IMG/VR virus record: IMGVR_UViG_3300042453_004077
Length of the DNA: 64,000 nt
Reading direction: 5' to 3' (one strand)
DNA from: an uncultured virus (IMG/VR IMGVR_UViG_3300042453_004077)
Lineage: Duplodnaviria > Heunggongvirae > Uroviricota > Caudoviricetes
Positions 8,462-17,654 of this stretch are shown here, piece after piece. The notes below the pieces were generated by a model that searched no databases, was not told the DNA's origin, and saw only the letters and a program-made list of their open reading frames with translations. The position numbers and the translations under genes are program-made. Positions within the stretch are counted from its first letter, which is position 1; every line of letters begins with the position of its first letter.

Positions 8462-8701
8462 ATGCACCGCACTATCGAAGGTCACCGCGAGAGCCCTTAC
8501 CTCGCCAAGCTCGAAGCCGACCGTCAGGCCCAGCACTCTGGCTATGGCGTCAGAAGCATCATGCTCGCCAATGGCTGCTACAAATGGGAAGCCTATGGCT
8601 GGGAGCGCATTACAGAGCTCCAGCTTCACTACACCAGCTATGCCATTTTCAACAACAAGTGGGAAGCTGAACAGTATTTCAACAACATCGTCAACGGTTG
8701 A
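8462..8701 (+). CDS. hypothetical early protein
   Basis: ATG 8462 downstream of a repeated promoter. Confidence 0.6.
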   Translation: MHRTIEGHRESPYLAKLEADRQAQHSGYGVRSIMLANGCYKWEAYGWERITELQLHYTSYAIFNNKWEAEQYFNNIVNG

Positions 8702-8723
8702 TCACTAAGCAGCAAACATCGCC

Positions 8724-8912
8724 ATGATTTCATCTTTCTTCTTCTTCCTGATTCTGCCTCTAACAATTGTGATTGGCATTATTCTGTGGCTCTCTGAAAC
8801 CAGGGAGCAACGTGCTCGCCGCTGGCGCCAGTCAGGCTTGTCCCAACAGGCCATTGCAGATCGCTTGGGCGTAAGCCGCAGCACAGTCCGTCGCATGCTG
8901 GCACCTGCGTAA
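8724..8912 (+). CDS. membrane-anchored HTH protein
   Basis: N-terminal hydrophobic helix then GLSQQAIADRLGVSRSTVRRML. Confidence 0.75.
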   Translation: MISSFFFFLILPLTIVIGIILWLSETREQRARRWRQSGLSQQAIADRLGVSRSTVRRMLAPA

Positions 8913-8995
8913 AGCTTTGTGACAAACGGGGGCTTCGGCCCCTCTTGTCTGTATTGTTCCTTTGTCCGGCGGCGACGCCCTTTCCTTTTCTTCCC

Positions 8996-9256
8996 ATGGC
9001 AACCATCCCCACAGTCCATCTCAACGGCACCGGCTTCACCGACCTGCGCGATGGTTACGCTGCTGCGTACGATGCCATCGACAAGGCGATTGACGCTCTA
9101 GCCGCTGCCGAGCTCAACGGCCGGGACTTCTACCCTCAAGGTCCTGACGCCTACTACCAGGCCCGCAAGGAGCGCGATCAAGCCTTCGACCAGCTTCGTG
9201 CTGCCCAGGCCTATGCGGGCGAAATGCTGGCCGGCATTTGTGATCAGCAGCGCTGA
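8996..9256 (+). CDS. hypothetical early protein
   Basis: MATIPTVHLNGTG...LNGRDFYPQG; ATG after a promoter element. Confidence 0.7.
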   Translation: MATIPTVHLNGTGFTDLRDGYAAAYDAIDKAIDALAAAELNGRDFYPQGPDAYYQARKERDQAFDQLRAAQAYAGEMLAGICDQQR

Positions 9257-9359
9257 TTGCAACGATTTGTGAAGCTAATGATTCAGGGGCTGGCAACGGC
9301 CCCCTTTTGCTCTATTGTTCCTTTGTTCGGAGGCGCGAGCTTCCACCACTCACCAAATC

Positions 9360-9653
9360 ATGATCAGCTTTTCCGTTCTTTGCACCAACCCCCGCCATGG
9401 CGGCCAGTGCGAGCTTCTCATTGACGCGAACAGCGCCGCCGAAGCGGAGCTGCACGTGCATAACTCCCGTCCTCACTACATTGTTAAAGGCATCTGGCCA
9501 GTGGAGAAGAAATTTATCTGCCATGGCTGGTGCTCCCGCAACGACCGCTATAACGCCTTGGCCTATCTCACCACTTCCGCTGATGAAGCCCGCGCCATTT
9601 GCGAGCGCCTCCATCCTGATTTCGTGATTGATTCCATCGAGCAAGAAGCGTGA
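9360..9653 (+). CDS. hypothetical early protein with an internal duplication
   Basis: Two similar halves (...ANSAAEAE...RPHYIV / ...TTSADEAR...HPDFVI). Confidence 0.65.
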   Translation: MISFSVLCTNPRHGGQCELLIDANSAAEAELHVHNSRPHYIVKGIWPVEKKFICHGWCSRNDRYNALAYLTTSADEARAICERLHPDFVIDSIEQEA

Positions 9654-10363
9654 ACAATTGTTACAGGCCCCTTTCCAGGGGCCTCTCCTGCTCTATTGTT
9701 CTTTCAACGGGCCGAGAGGCTCACCACTCCGTCTTCAAGCCATGCAAACCGTCGTCCTTTTTCGCCTTTTCGAGCAGACTCCCGATGGTGCCATCCGCCA
9801 GTGTGGCTTCACCGGCCCTGATCGTGAAGAGGCTCTGCTCTGGCAGCAGGAAATGCAGCAGTGTTTCCCTGCTAATCGCCACTGGGTGAGGCCAGTGTTC
9901 CGTCATGCAAGTGCCTAACCACCAGCACAACTCAGGCAAGCCTCCCAAGCGGAGGCTCAAGCCTCGGGCCCTCAGAGCCGCCAGAGCCCGCAGACAAGCC
10001 CTTCTCAACCAGCTCCACCATGCAAGACGCAATCAACATCTTGGCCATCAGCAACAGAGGCCGTAGCCGCATTGGCACCACTGTCACCACTGCCATTGTC
10101 GAGCAAGATCACCACGATAAACTGTTCATCGTGCTGCCGCAGTTCAATCAATGTCGATGGATAAAGAAAGACAATGACCCTGATTTTCGCATTGTACAGG
10201 AGGCTTGATCAATGACTTCCCTTTCCATTGTTTGGCTGTTCAAAGACAGCGAAGGCTACGAAGATTACGCACAGTCTGAAGAAGAGCGTGATCAACTTCA
10301 TGCAATTTATCGACAAGCTGGCACCAGCTATTCCGTCACTGAACTCATTAGAGGAGAAGATCA

Positions 10364-10669
10364 ATGATCACCGTTCGCAACTATTCTGGCAACGGCCCTT
10401 ACTTTCCTCCCACGCAGGGCATCTATCAAGCCAGTTCTCTCAAAGAGCTTATCTTCCACATAAGACTGTGCATGGAAGATGGTGATTATCAAATGGGAGT
10501 GTTTGATGAGGATGGACAATGTAAAGGCATGTGGGTGGACGAATCAGAGCCAATGGACGATGGAGAAGGCTGTATGGTGCTTGGTCCTAAGTGCTACGTG
10601 CTTTATAGGCCTGGAAGCATCAGCAAGGGCTTGTGGAACCTCCACCTTTCTAAGTTCAAGAAGGGCTGA
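10364..10669 (+). CDS. hypothetical phage protein
   Basis: 101-aa ATG ORF in the run of small early genes. Confidence 0.6.
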   Translation: MITVRNYSGNGPYFPPTQGIYQASSLKELIFHIRLCMEDGDYQMGVFDEDGQCKGMWVDESEPMDDGEGCMVLGPKCYVLYRPGSISKGLWNLHLSKFKKG

Positions 10670-10844
10670 CCATGATCCTCGTTGATTATTTCTCAGAAGA
10701 GGCTTGCAAGGGCACTGAGCTTGTTGAAGGCTGGTACTGGTATGAGGACGATGGGGAGGAAGTAGGAGGGCCGTACAGAGACGAAGAAGCCGCCATCGTG
10801 GCGGCTCAGGCAGGGCTGAAGTGGTAGCTCATTCCGAAGGCCTG

Positions 10845-10937
10845 GGGACTCGCTAGAAGGCGGTAAAGGGACTTGCTGAAAGACGGTAAAGGGACTTGCT
10901 GGAAAATGGTAAAGGGACTTGCTGAAACGCGGTAAAG
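10845..10937. repeat. 23-bp tandem repeat, about 4 copies
   Basis: (c/t)GGTAAAGGGACTTGCTG(a/g)AA.. at 10861, 10884, 10907 plus partial copies. Confidence 0.9.
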
Positions 10938-11040
10938 CATGGGCTTAAAAAAAATTTGGGACTAACGAGAATGCGGTAATAGGAAAAACCCTCCCTACCC
11001 CCACTGCCTATGCCTCTATGCTCTTGGACGCATAATGCGT

Positions 11041-11076
11041 CTATGCGCTTATGCGCTTATGCGCCTATGCGCATGC
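11041..11076. repeat. 8-bp tandem repeat (YTATGCGC x4)
   Basis: ctatgcgc ttatgcgc ttatgcgc ctatgcgc. Confidence 0.85.
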
Positions 11077-11092
11077 AAGCATAAGAGCGGCC

Positions 11093-11211
11093 AATCCCCC
11101 TATTTCCGATCGGCAAACCGTAGATTAGAACTCCCCTGACAATCCCCCTATTTCCTATGGGTGAACCGTAGATTAGTTTGATTCTCCCTATTTCCTATGG
11201 GTGAACCGTGA
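11093..11211. repeat. three spaced ~36-bp direct repeats
   Basis: AATCCCCCTATTTCC..AACCGTAGATTAG at 11093 and 11141, degenerate third copy at 11181. Confidence 0.85.
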
Positions 11212-11227
11212 ATAGCTTACCCCCGCA

Positions 11228-11315
11228 AGGGTTAGCTATCCCTACTTGCGACAGGGTTAGCTATCCCTACTTGCGACAGGGTTAGCTATCCCTACTTGCG
11301 ACAGGGTTAGCTATC
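11228..11315. repeat. perfect 25-bp tandem repeat x3.5
   Basis: AGGGTTAGCTATCCCTACTTGCGAC at 11228, 11253, 11278, partial at 11303. Confidence 0.95.
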
Positions 11316-11942
11316 TGAAAAATAGCGCTAGGTGGCTGTTGCTTTGCCTGCGACGCCATAACCATAAAAACACCGTACGATTGCGTCCCATAGGAATAGC
11401 TACCCAGACCTCTCTACGATGGCCAGAATAGCGATTCCACTCTTTACGTTCCCCTATCACGGGGAGCGGTCTTTTCGTGACGCCTGCAACAATTCGTAAC
11501 GTTGCGCCGTGGTGCCATGCGATACGGGGTGATCGGTGCATGGTTCGAGCCTCAAGCGTGAGCACGTACCCTATGGGACCCCCTACTGTCAACACAACGG
11601 CGCGGATTGGTGGACACCCTTTAAACCGTCACACCGTGGGGATACGTTGCCAAAAATCCCCCCTTATGCTCCCCGTGACGGTTAAGCGATTAACCGTTGT
11701 TCACTTGCGTTAATCACCGTGATTAATTCTTTCTCTCTCTCCTGCAAGCTTGCCGGGGTTTTTGGTGGCGCGTTGTTGTCTATTTTGGCCGCGTCTCTAA
11801 TTGTTGAAGATCAGCGCACCTTTTTATCCTGTCGCGCTAGTGGCAACAGTGTCGATTTTTGCCTGTTGAAAATCAACGGGCGCTGATTCTTTCTCTTTCT
11901 CTTTCTCTTTCTCTTTCCCTTTCTCTTTCTCTCTTTCTGATC

Positions 11943-12848
11943 ATGCAAACAATCAACCGTCGTGCTAGCCTCCCTGTCCGTCTCAAGTCTATGGTTGGCC
12001 AATATAAAATCCGTGAAATATTGTCGACCAATCCTAAGACTGAGAAAAGCGAGGTTCAAACCTACATTTTGCACCTATCCCCCGCTGATACAAGTGGCGT
12101 TAATGTTTGCCGCGGTGCTGGTAACTGCAGGAAGATCTGTCTACATTTTGCCGGCAATCCAGTCTATATGAATAACAAACAAGCGGCCAGAATCCGCCGT
12201 ACTCTAGCCTTTGCCGCAGACAATCAAACGTTCGCCTTGTTAGTTGTCTGCGCAATCCTAGACAAAATTAACAAGAACGCCGGCGAGCCTATTGCGATTA
12301 GGCTTAACGGCACAAGCGACATAGCCTGGGAGAATGTAGATTTTATGGTTGACGCTGAGTTCGCTACATTTTGCCGGCGCAAATTTGGGCACGAGCTACC
12401 TATTGGCAAACGCAACATTTTCGAGGTGTTTAATTTCATCGCGGCCAACGATCCTAGCGCTAGCGTTACATTTTACGATTACACCAAGATCAAGCGTAAC
12501 TGGGCTGAATGCCGTCGTCTTGGTTATCACCTAACAGTTAGTTACGATGGGGCAAACAATATTGCAAACCATAAGATCGTTGCCAGTGCGTTAGCCGCAG
12601 GCGTTAACGTTGCTGCAGCGTTTGCAATCAAAAAGGGACAGCCTTTGCCCCCCGTTGCTTATATCGCTAACCGTAGTTTTAAAGTTGTTGATGGTGACCT
12701 CAGCGACTATCGCCCGGCCGATCCTGACGGTTATCACATCGTTGGATTGCGGTTCAAGCTCCCTCACGGCGTGCCCTACAGCACCGAAGAGCGAGACGCG
12801 TTCTGCCTGGATGGCCACGGACTAAGCGCCGCTCTCAAGCCCGTCTAG
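11943..12848 (+). CDS. phage Gp88-like Fe-S (radical-SAM-like) protein
   Basis: LHLSPADTSGVNVCRGAGNCRKICL, IRLNGTSDIAWE, FYDYTK, VVDGDLSDYR, IVGLRFK; ATG 11943 follows a CTTTCT repeat. Confidence 0.75.
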   Translation: MQTINRRASLPVRLKSMVGQYKIREILSTNPKTEKSEVQTYILHLSPADTSGVNVCRGAGNCRKICLHFAGNPVYMNNKQAARIRRTLAFAADNQTFALLVVCAILDKINKNAGEPIAIRLNGTSDIAWENVDFMVDAEFATFCRRKFGHELPIGKRNIFEVFNFIAANDPSASVTFYDYTKIKRNWAECRRLGYHLTVSYDGANNIANHKIVASALAAGVNVAAAFAIKKGQPLPPVAYIANRSFKVVDGDLSDYRPADPDGYHIVGLRFKLPHGVPYSTEERDAFCLDGHGLSAALKPV

Positions 12849-12885
12849 GGGGCTCTCAGGGCCTGCAGGTTGTCGATCGGTCAGG

Positions 12886-12912
12886 GACCCCGTCGCAAGG
12901 CGGGGTCTTTTT
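12886..12912 (+). terminator. Rho-independent terminator
   Basis: GACCCCGTC-GCAA-GGCGGGGTC-TTTTT. Confidence 0.8.
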
Positions 12913-14113
12913 ACTGTTGAGACGGAGGGGAAAATCCCCAGTTTTTCCACAGTTTTTTCACAGGCCCACTATGATCAGCAATACTAATCGATCAGAAATC
13001 CTGATTAGTTGCGTTTTGTTACAACGGTTCAATCATTAGCAATACTAATCGATTAGGAATGCTTATCTGTTGCAAAACTTTACACAGAGCAGTAGTACGC
13101 TTGTACTAGCCGGGTGGGGGCGGTGGTACCCCTTTTTACTGCGACGTAATTTTCAAACGACTTTTTTCCCTAGTTCACTCCGCTACATTCTTTTCGTTTA
13201 TTTTCCATGGCCCGAAAGCTAGTGCGCACTGCGCGAACGATCTAAAGTTTACGAGGAGGAGTGAGCGCACTAAGATCGTTCCCGAGCGTAAGATAGTGCC
13301 CGAATGTTAAATTGTGCAAAGAAGGGGCTTATGTTCAGGAGCCGCCCCAAGCGGCGTTGTTCGTGCCCCTTCTTTAGTCTCACTCTTGTCTCAAAATAGT
13401 CTCAAATGAGAAAACAATGAGACTGGCGGTAGCTGCGCACACCATGGGCGATCAAACTACTGTCAGAAAAGAAATGGTTGAAAGGAGGGTGGTAAGGAGG
13501 GATCCCTAGGATCGTACGCCTTGGGGGCTATTGCGCGTAACGGGCTCCTAGCGAAGGTTTCTTAAAAGAAGTAGTCGAGAGGAGGGTTGTTGAGAAGAGC
13601 CGCTGTGACAAGGTCGCTGGGGGGGCTCCCGCTCGAAGCGGCTCAGGCGAAGGGAGCTTAACTGCGCGTGACAAACGTTCGTAGATGCGTTGCTTGTCAG
13701 TGGAATACGCTGCGCCTATATACAGTGTACAGGCTAATCTCATGAGTCTCAAGCTGTCTCACAATGAGACTGCAGTCATAGCTTGATTCTTGAAGAATGT
13801 GCCAGTTGAGAAACTGGCCTTTATAAGCAAATCAAGACAATAGTTGCTTCGGTTAGCATGATTTCCTTTCTCCCATGGCCTACAGAGACAGCCGTTGCGA
13901 CTTGGTGGAAGTGAGAGAGCAATGGAGGGTATATGTGCCTTCTGAACGTTCTTGGAACAAGGCAGTGAAAGAGCTTGAGAAGGCCATTAGGCCAGAGAAG
14001 ACCAGCTACTACCAGCCAGGGGCTTACACGGGCAAGCAAGGCCATCAAATGACCTTGATGAGCTGGGAATTGACAAAAGGCGAAGACCAGCTACCCTGCT
14101 CGTATCCCGACTG

Positions 14114-14539
14114 GTGAAGCCATCGGGACTCCCTCCCCGACTGGTGATCCTCGCCATGCCCTTCGACGAAGAACTTTTTGCTCTTGCCATGGACCATGGA
14201 GCCAGTGCAGAGCTGTCTGCTCTGAAGAAGCGCTTTGAAGGCTTTTCCATTTGTAAGGACAAAGCTACTGCTGCTGCTTTTGGTTATCTTGCTGCCATGA
14301 GCGACCAGAAGGAGGAGGACGAAGAAGAGCCTTCCATCTACGACAAGGTTTGTGCAGTGATGGACAAGCTTGTTGATCCTGATGAATGGATGATAAGCGA
14401 AGATGCCACGGAGACAATCTTCGCCTTGATCTATCTCTGGCTCAAAGAGGAGCTCATTGAAGAAGGACTGTCAGACGATTTCGTTGAGCTCTTAGGGAAG
14501 AAGTTTCAGGCCTTTGTGAAACCAGGCGTCATTTCGTAA
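14114..14539 (+). CDS. hypothetical acidic phage protein
   Basis: ORF of up to 141 aa; true start may be ATG 14156. Confidence 0.6.
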   Translation: MKPSGLPPRLVILAMPFDEELFALAMDHGASAELSALKKRFEGFSICKDKATAAAFGYLAAMSDQKEEDEEEPSIYDKVCAVMDKLVDPDEWMISEDATETIFALIYLWLKEELIEEGLSDDFVELLGKKFQAFVKPGVIS

Positions 14540-14862
14540 CAATCGCTTCCTTTCCTTTCCATTGCTCTGCCCTAGTCTTAATAAAAGACTGGGGCTTTAT
14601 TGTGCTTGACGACTTGCCGGCGCCTTTTATGGTTGGAGGAGTGAAGATTTGGCCTGCTCATTCAAGGCCTGGCTATTCCTGGTTCATTGCTCATGAAGGC
14701 AAGCCTTACTATTTTCGCTCTCGCAATGAAGCAGTGCTTTTTGCGAAAGATGCCCAAAGTGGAAGCGATCCTGAAGGCTTGTGCGACTGACTGGGAGCAT
14801 GAAATTTTGCGCTAGCCTGCTGTGGCTGGTCGTTGGCCCGTTAGGCGGGCTTTTGTTGTCTC

Positions 14863-16311
14863 ATGAAGCTCAAGGAACAAGCAAAGTGTGAAAAGATTGC
14901 TCGCACAGGGCGCGTGCAAAGCTGGATGGAAGAGGCTGATGGCAGACTGCCCGTAAGCTGCACGGTCTTCGTAGTAGATGATTCAATGGAAGGGGAAAAT
15001 GGCATTGAAGCATCGTGGCGTTTTGTTTCCCATGGTTTGCGTAATGGTGCAGGCGTAGCCGTCCATTTGTCAGAACTGCGCGGGAAAGGCGAAGAAAATG
15101 GCAAAGGCCTTGTTGCAAGTGGTCCCATCAGCTTTGGCAAAATCTATTCCACGCTCAATGAAATCCTTCGCAGGGGAGGGCGATACAAGAACGGGGCTGT
15201 AGTGCTTCATCTTGACTATACACACCCTGACATTCTTGATTTCATCAAAGCTTCTCGCCAAGAGCTTCCGTGGGTGAAGAGGTGTGTGAATGTTGATGAG
15301 AACTTTACTGAAAATGCTTCTGAAGAGCTCATTGATGAGCTGCTGAAGGGCATTGGTTCTGGCGACATTTGGCTTAACAAGATTAGGTACGATCAAGAAG
15401 GAAATCGCATTCGCGCCAATGTCTGCCTTGAAGTTTATCTTCCTCACCGTGGCACTTGCCTTTTACAGCATGTCAACATGGGCGCTTGTGGCATCGACGA
15501 AGTAGAAGAAGCTTTCACGGAAGGCATGAAGCAATTGTGCGAGCTCCATCCAAGCACTGGCGTTGGCGACACCGGCGAATACCTTTCTCCTTCCATTGAC
15601 AAGCAAGTTGGCCTGGGCATGCTTGGCCTTGCCAATTTCCTTTCCCTCCATGGCATTTCTTACGAAGACTTCGGGAAGGCGCTGCAAGCCCTGAATGATG
15701 ACGATCCCCATCCATGGTGCCACTATTGGGGCGAGAAGCCTGCTGGCAGGGCTGCAGCAGCCATTCGCAATGGCATTGAAGCAGCAGCGAAGATTGCTCG
15801 CGAGCATGGCATGAAGAGGGCTTTCTGCATTGCTCCCACTGCTTCCTGCTCCTATCGCTATTTGGACAAAGCTGGCTTCACTGCTGCCCCTGAAATCGCC
15901 CCTCCCATTGGACGGCTTGTTGATAGGGACTCTGGCACTTTCGGCGTGGAAAGTTTTGACTATGGGGAAGTGGAAATCGCGGGCGAAGTGGGCTGGTCCA
16001 GTTATTTCACTGTCGCCAATGAATTGGTTCGGTTGTACCAACAAACAGGCCTTTTCCATGGCTACAGTTTTAATAGTTGGAGCGATGTGGTCGTTTACGA
16101 TCGCGAGTTCCTGAAAGACTGGCTGGCATCGCCACAAACCAGTCTTTACTATTCGCTGCAAGTTCTGCCTGATACGCAGCGTAAAGACGATGCCTATGCG
16201 GCATTGGACGACTCGTTTAAGACCATGTTTGGCCTTGATGACAGTGAGGCTACAGAGGAGGCTGTCTCTTGCGGCTTAGACGCTGGCTTTTGCAGCGCTT
16301 GCGCCGAATAG
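14863..16311 (+). CDS. nrdA: ribonucleotide reductase alpha subunit (compact cyanophage class I type)
   Basis: PVSCTV, NVCLEV (N-x-C-x-E finger loop), IAPTASCS, SLYY, C-terminal CSAC; followed by a ferritin-like beta subunit. Confidence 0.92.
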   Translation: MKLKEQAKCEKIARTGRVQSWMEEADGRLPVSCTVFVVDDSMEGENGIEASWRFVSHGLRNGAGVAVHLSELRGKGEENGKGLVASGPISFGKIYSTLNEILRRGGRYKNGAVVLHLDYTHPDILDFIKASRQELPWVKRCVNVDENFTENASEELIDELLKGIGSGDIWLNKIRYDQEGNRIRANVCLEVYLPHRGTCLLQHVNMGACGIDEVEEAFTEGMKQLCELHPSTGVGDTGEYLSPSIDKQVGLGMLGLANFLSLHGISYEDFGKALQALNDDDPHPWCHYWGEKPAGRAAAAIRNGIEAAAKIAREHGMKRAFCIAPTASCSYRYLDKAGFTAAPEIAPPIGRLVDRDSGTFGVESFDYGEVEIAGEVGWSSYFTVANELVRLYQQTGLFHGYSFNSWSDVVVYDREFLKDWLASPQTSLYYSLQVLPDTQRKDDAYAALDDSFKTMFGLDDSEATEEAVSCGLDAGFCSACAE

Positions 16312-16334
16312 AAAGCTCTCAACAGTTCGTTCAT

Positions 16335-16358
16335 AAGGGGGACTTACTCCCCCTTTTT
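16335..16358 (+). terminator. terminator-like hairpin between nrdA and nrdB
   Basis: AAGGGGGA-CTTAC-TCCCCCTT-TTT. Confidence 0.6.
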
Positions 16359-16384
16359 CATTCTTCCCCATTGCATTATTACAA

Positions 16385-17125
16385 ATGGTCGCCGTTGCAA
16401 ATTCTCCCTATCTGTCAATGATTGCCAAAAAGCGTCCTTGGCAGGCAGTGCCAGTGGACAAAGGGGCGTTGGTCGATGGCAGCGAGGAAACTCTGTTCAG
16501 GGCTCTTGCCCTACGCCACCTGGAACTGCCTGTGAAGGACTTCCTGCAGCAAGGGCTTGAGCGTGACCTCCCCACTACTCCCGGCGTGGTGGAAGCCTTA
16601 ATTCACAACCAGGAAGATGAAGCTCGTCACGATGAGGCTCTGAACTACGTGGCGGCCGCTCATGGCACCGATACTCAAGCAGAAAAGGAAGTGATGAACA
16701 TTTTGAAGGCCTGGAACGACCATCCTGCCCACCCAATTCTCAAGGCTTCAGTGTTGGAACGCAGTTTGTTCTTTGTGATCCTGCCGTTCTTCCGTTTCAA
16801 TGGTGACATCGGCATTCGCACTGTTAGTGCCGATATTAGTCGCGATGAAATCACTCACGTGGGGGTGCATAGCCTCGTGGCGAAGGAGCTGGACGAGCAT
16901 GCTGGTCAAAGCTTGAACAAGCTTCGTCGCGCCACTGCTCTGTGGATCTTCGACAAGCTTGGTCCAAATGAAAACAAATGGCTGGACAAAGATTTCTGGC
17001 TTCGCCAAAGCGACAATTTGTTCGAGCGGGGCAAAGCAGAAGAACTTGCCGACACACAGCGCAGTCGGATGCCCTCGTTCTTCGAGGCGCCCAACACTAG
17101 CCTGCCTTCCTACGGTCGCGCTTAG
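16385..17125 (+). CDS. nrdB: ribonucleotide reductase beta subunit (ferritin-like)
   Basis: Di-metal ligands HLE, DEARH, LERSLFF, RDEITH; C-terminal Tyr; adjacent to nrdA. Confidence 0.85.
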   Translation: MVAVANSPYLSMIAKKRPWQAVPVDKGALVDGSEETLFRALALRHLELPVKDFLQQGLERDLPTTPGVVEALIHNQEDEARHDEALNYVAAAHGTDTQAEKEVMNILKAWNDHPAHPILKASVLERSLFFVILPFFRFNGDIGIRTVSADISRDEITHVGVHSLVAKELDEHAGQSLNKLRRATALWIFDKLGPNENKWLDKDFWLRQSDNLFERGKAEELADTQRSRMPSFFEAPNTSLPSYGRA

Positions 17126-17469
17126 TGCTATAGTGTCAAGCGACGGAGGGCAAGCCTCTGTGCGTCACTGGGAACAAATCCCGGATGACCTTCACGCTTG
17201 CTCCATCGTCTACCACCCCTACTGCTCTGTCGGTAGGGTGCAACCAGCCCATGAAGGCATACTTGCCCGTCCTGGTTTGCGTTTAAGTCCTGGGTTTCCA
17301 GGCCAGGGGATTGATCACCCCTGCCCGTCTGGTCCACGGTTGAGCCCTCGACCCATTTGGCAAGCTCGACGGACCTGCATGAAACGCTCTGAAGCAAGTA
17401 AGGCCTTGAAGCTTTGCATCATGCAACACCCCCTAAGCCTCTCAACGATGCTCAAACCTGGGGGTCACT

Positions 17470-17544
17470 GGGAGAATGAGGCTAATGGTATGCCTGGATG
17501 ACTGAAAAGGACATCCGACGCGGGTTCGACTCCCGCTTCTCCCC
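17470..17544 (+). tRNA. tRNA-like element with an atypical anticodon arm (contains CTGAAAA, Phe-like)
   Basis: Acceptor GGGAGAA/TTCTCCC, D arm AGGC/GCCT, stem GGATG/CATCC with 11-nt loop, T arm GCGGG-TTCGACT-CCCGC; no encoded CCA. Confidence 0.6.
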
Positions 17545-17586
17545 TACGGTCTGAACTTGGCACTTGTCATGCTGAGGACCGTTCTT

Positions 17587-17654
17587 GCTCCTTAGTGTAG
17601 GCTTACACGTCAGGCAGACAGTCTGGAATGCCGGGTTCGATTCCTGGAGGAGCC
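17587..17654 (+). tRNA. degenerate tRNA-like element (loop CAGACAG, nominal anticodon GAC)
   Basis: GCTCCT/AGGAGC acceptor, GTGT/ACAC D arm, TCAGG/TCTGG stem, CCGGG-TTCGATT-CCTGG T arm; lacks U33. Confidence 0.5.

Larger units (their letters stand above)
7431..9699 (+). promoter_or_regulatory. five related early-promoter elements
   Basis: (TTT)GT(A/G)A(C/A) ... GGGGC-containing GC-rich segment ... TATTGT at 7468, 8421, 8952, 9313, 9694, each about 40-50 nt before a small gene (clearest for the last four). Confidence 0.65.

Noticed and set aside
11228..11315. CRISPR-like repeats
   Set aside because: Perfect head-to-tail repeats with no spacers.
11859..11942. SLSLSL N-terminus of the Gp88-like ORF
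   Set aside because: Translation of a CTTTCT tract; ATG 11943 is the more plausible start.
14863..16311. Class II (NrdJ) assignment
   Set aside because: The adjacent ferritin-like beta subunit and the C-terminal YY pair support class I.
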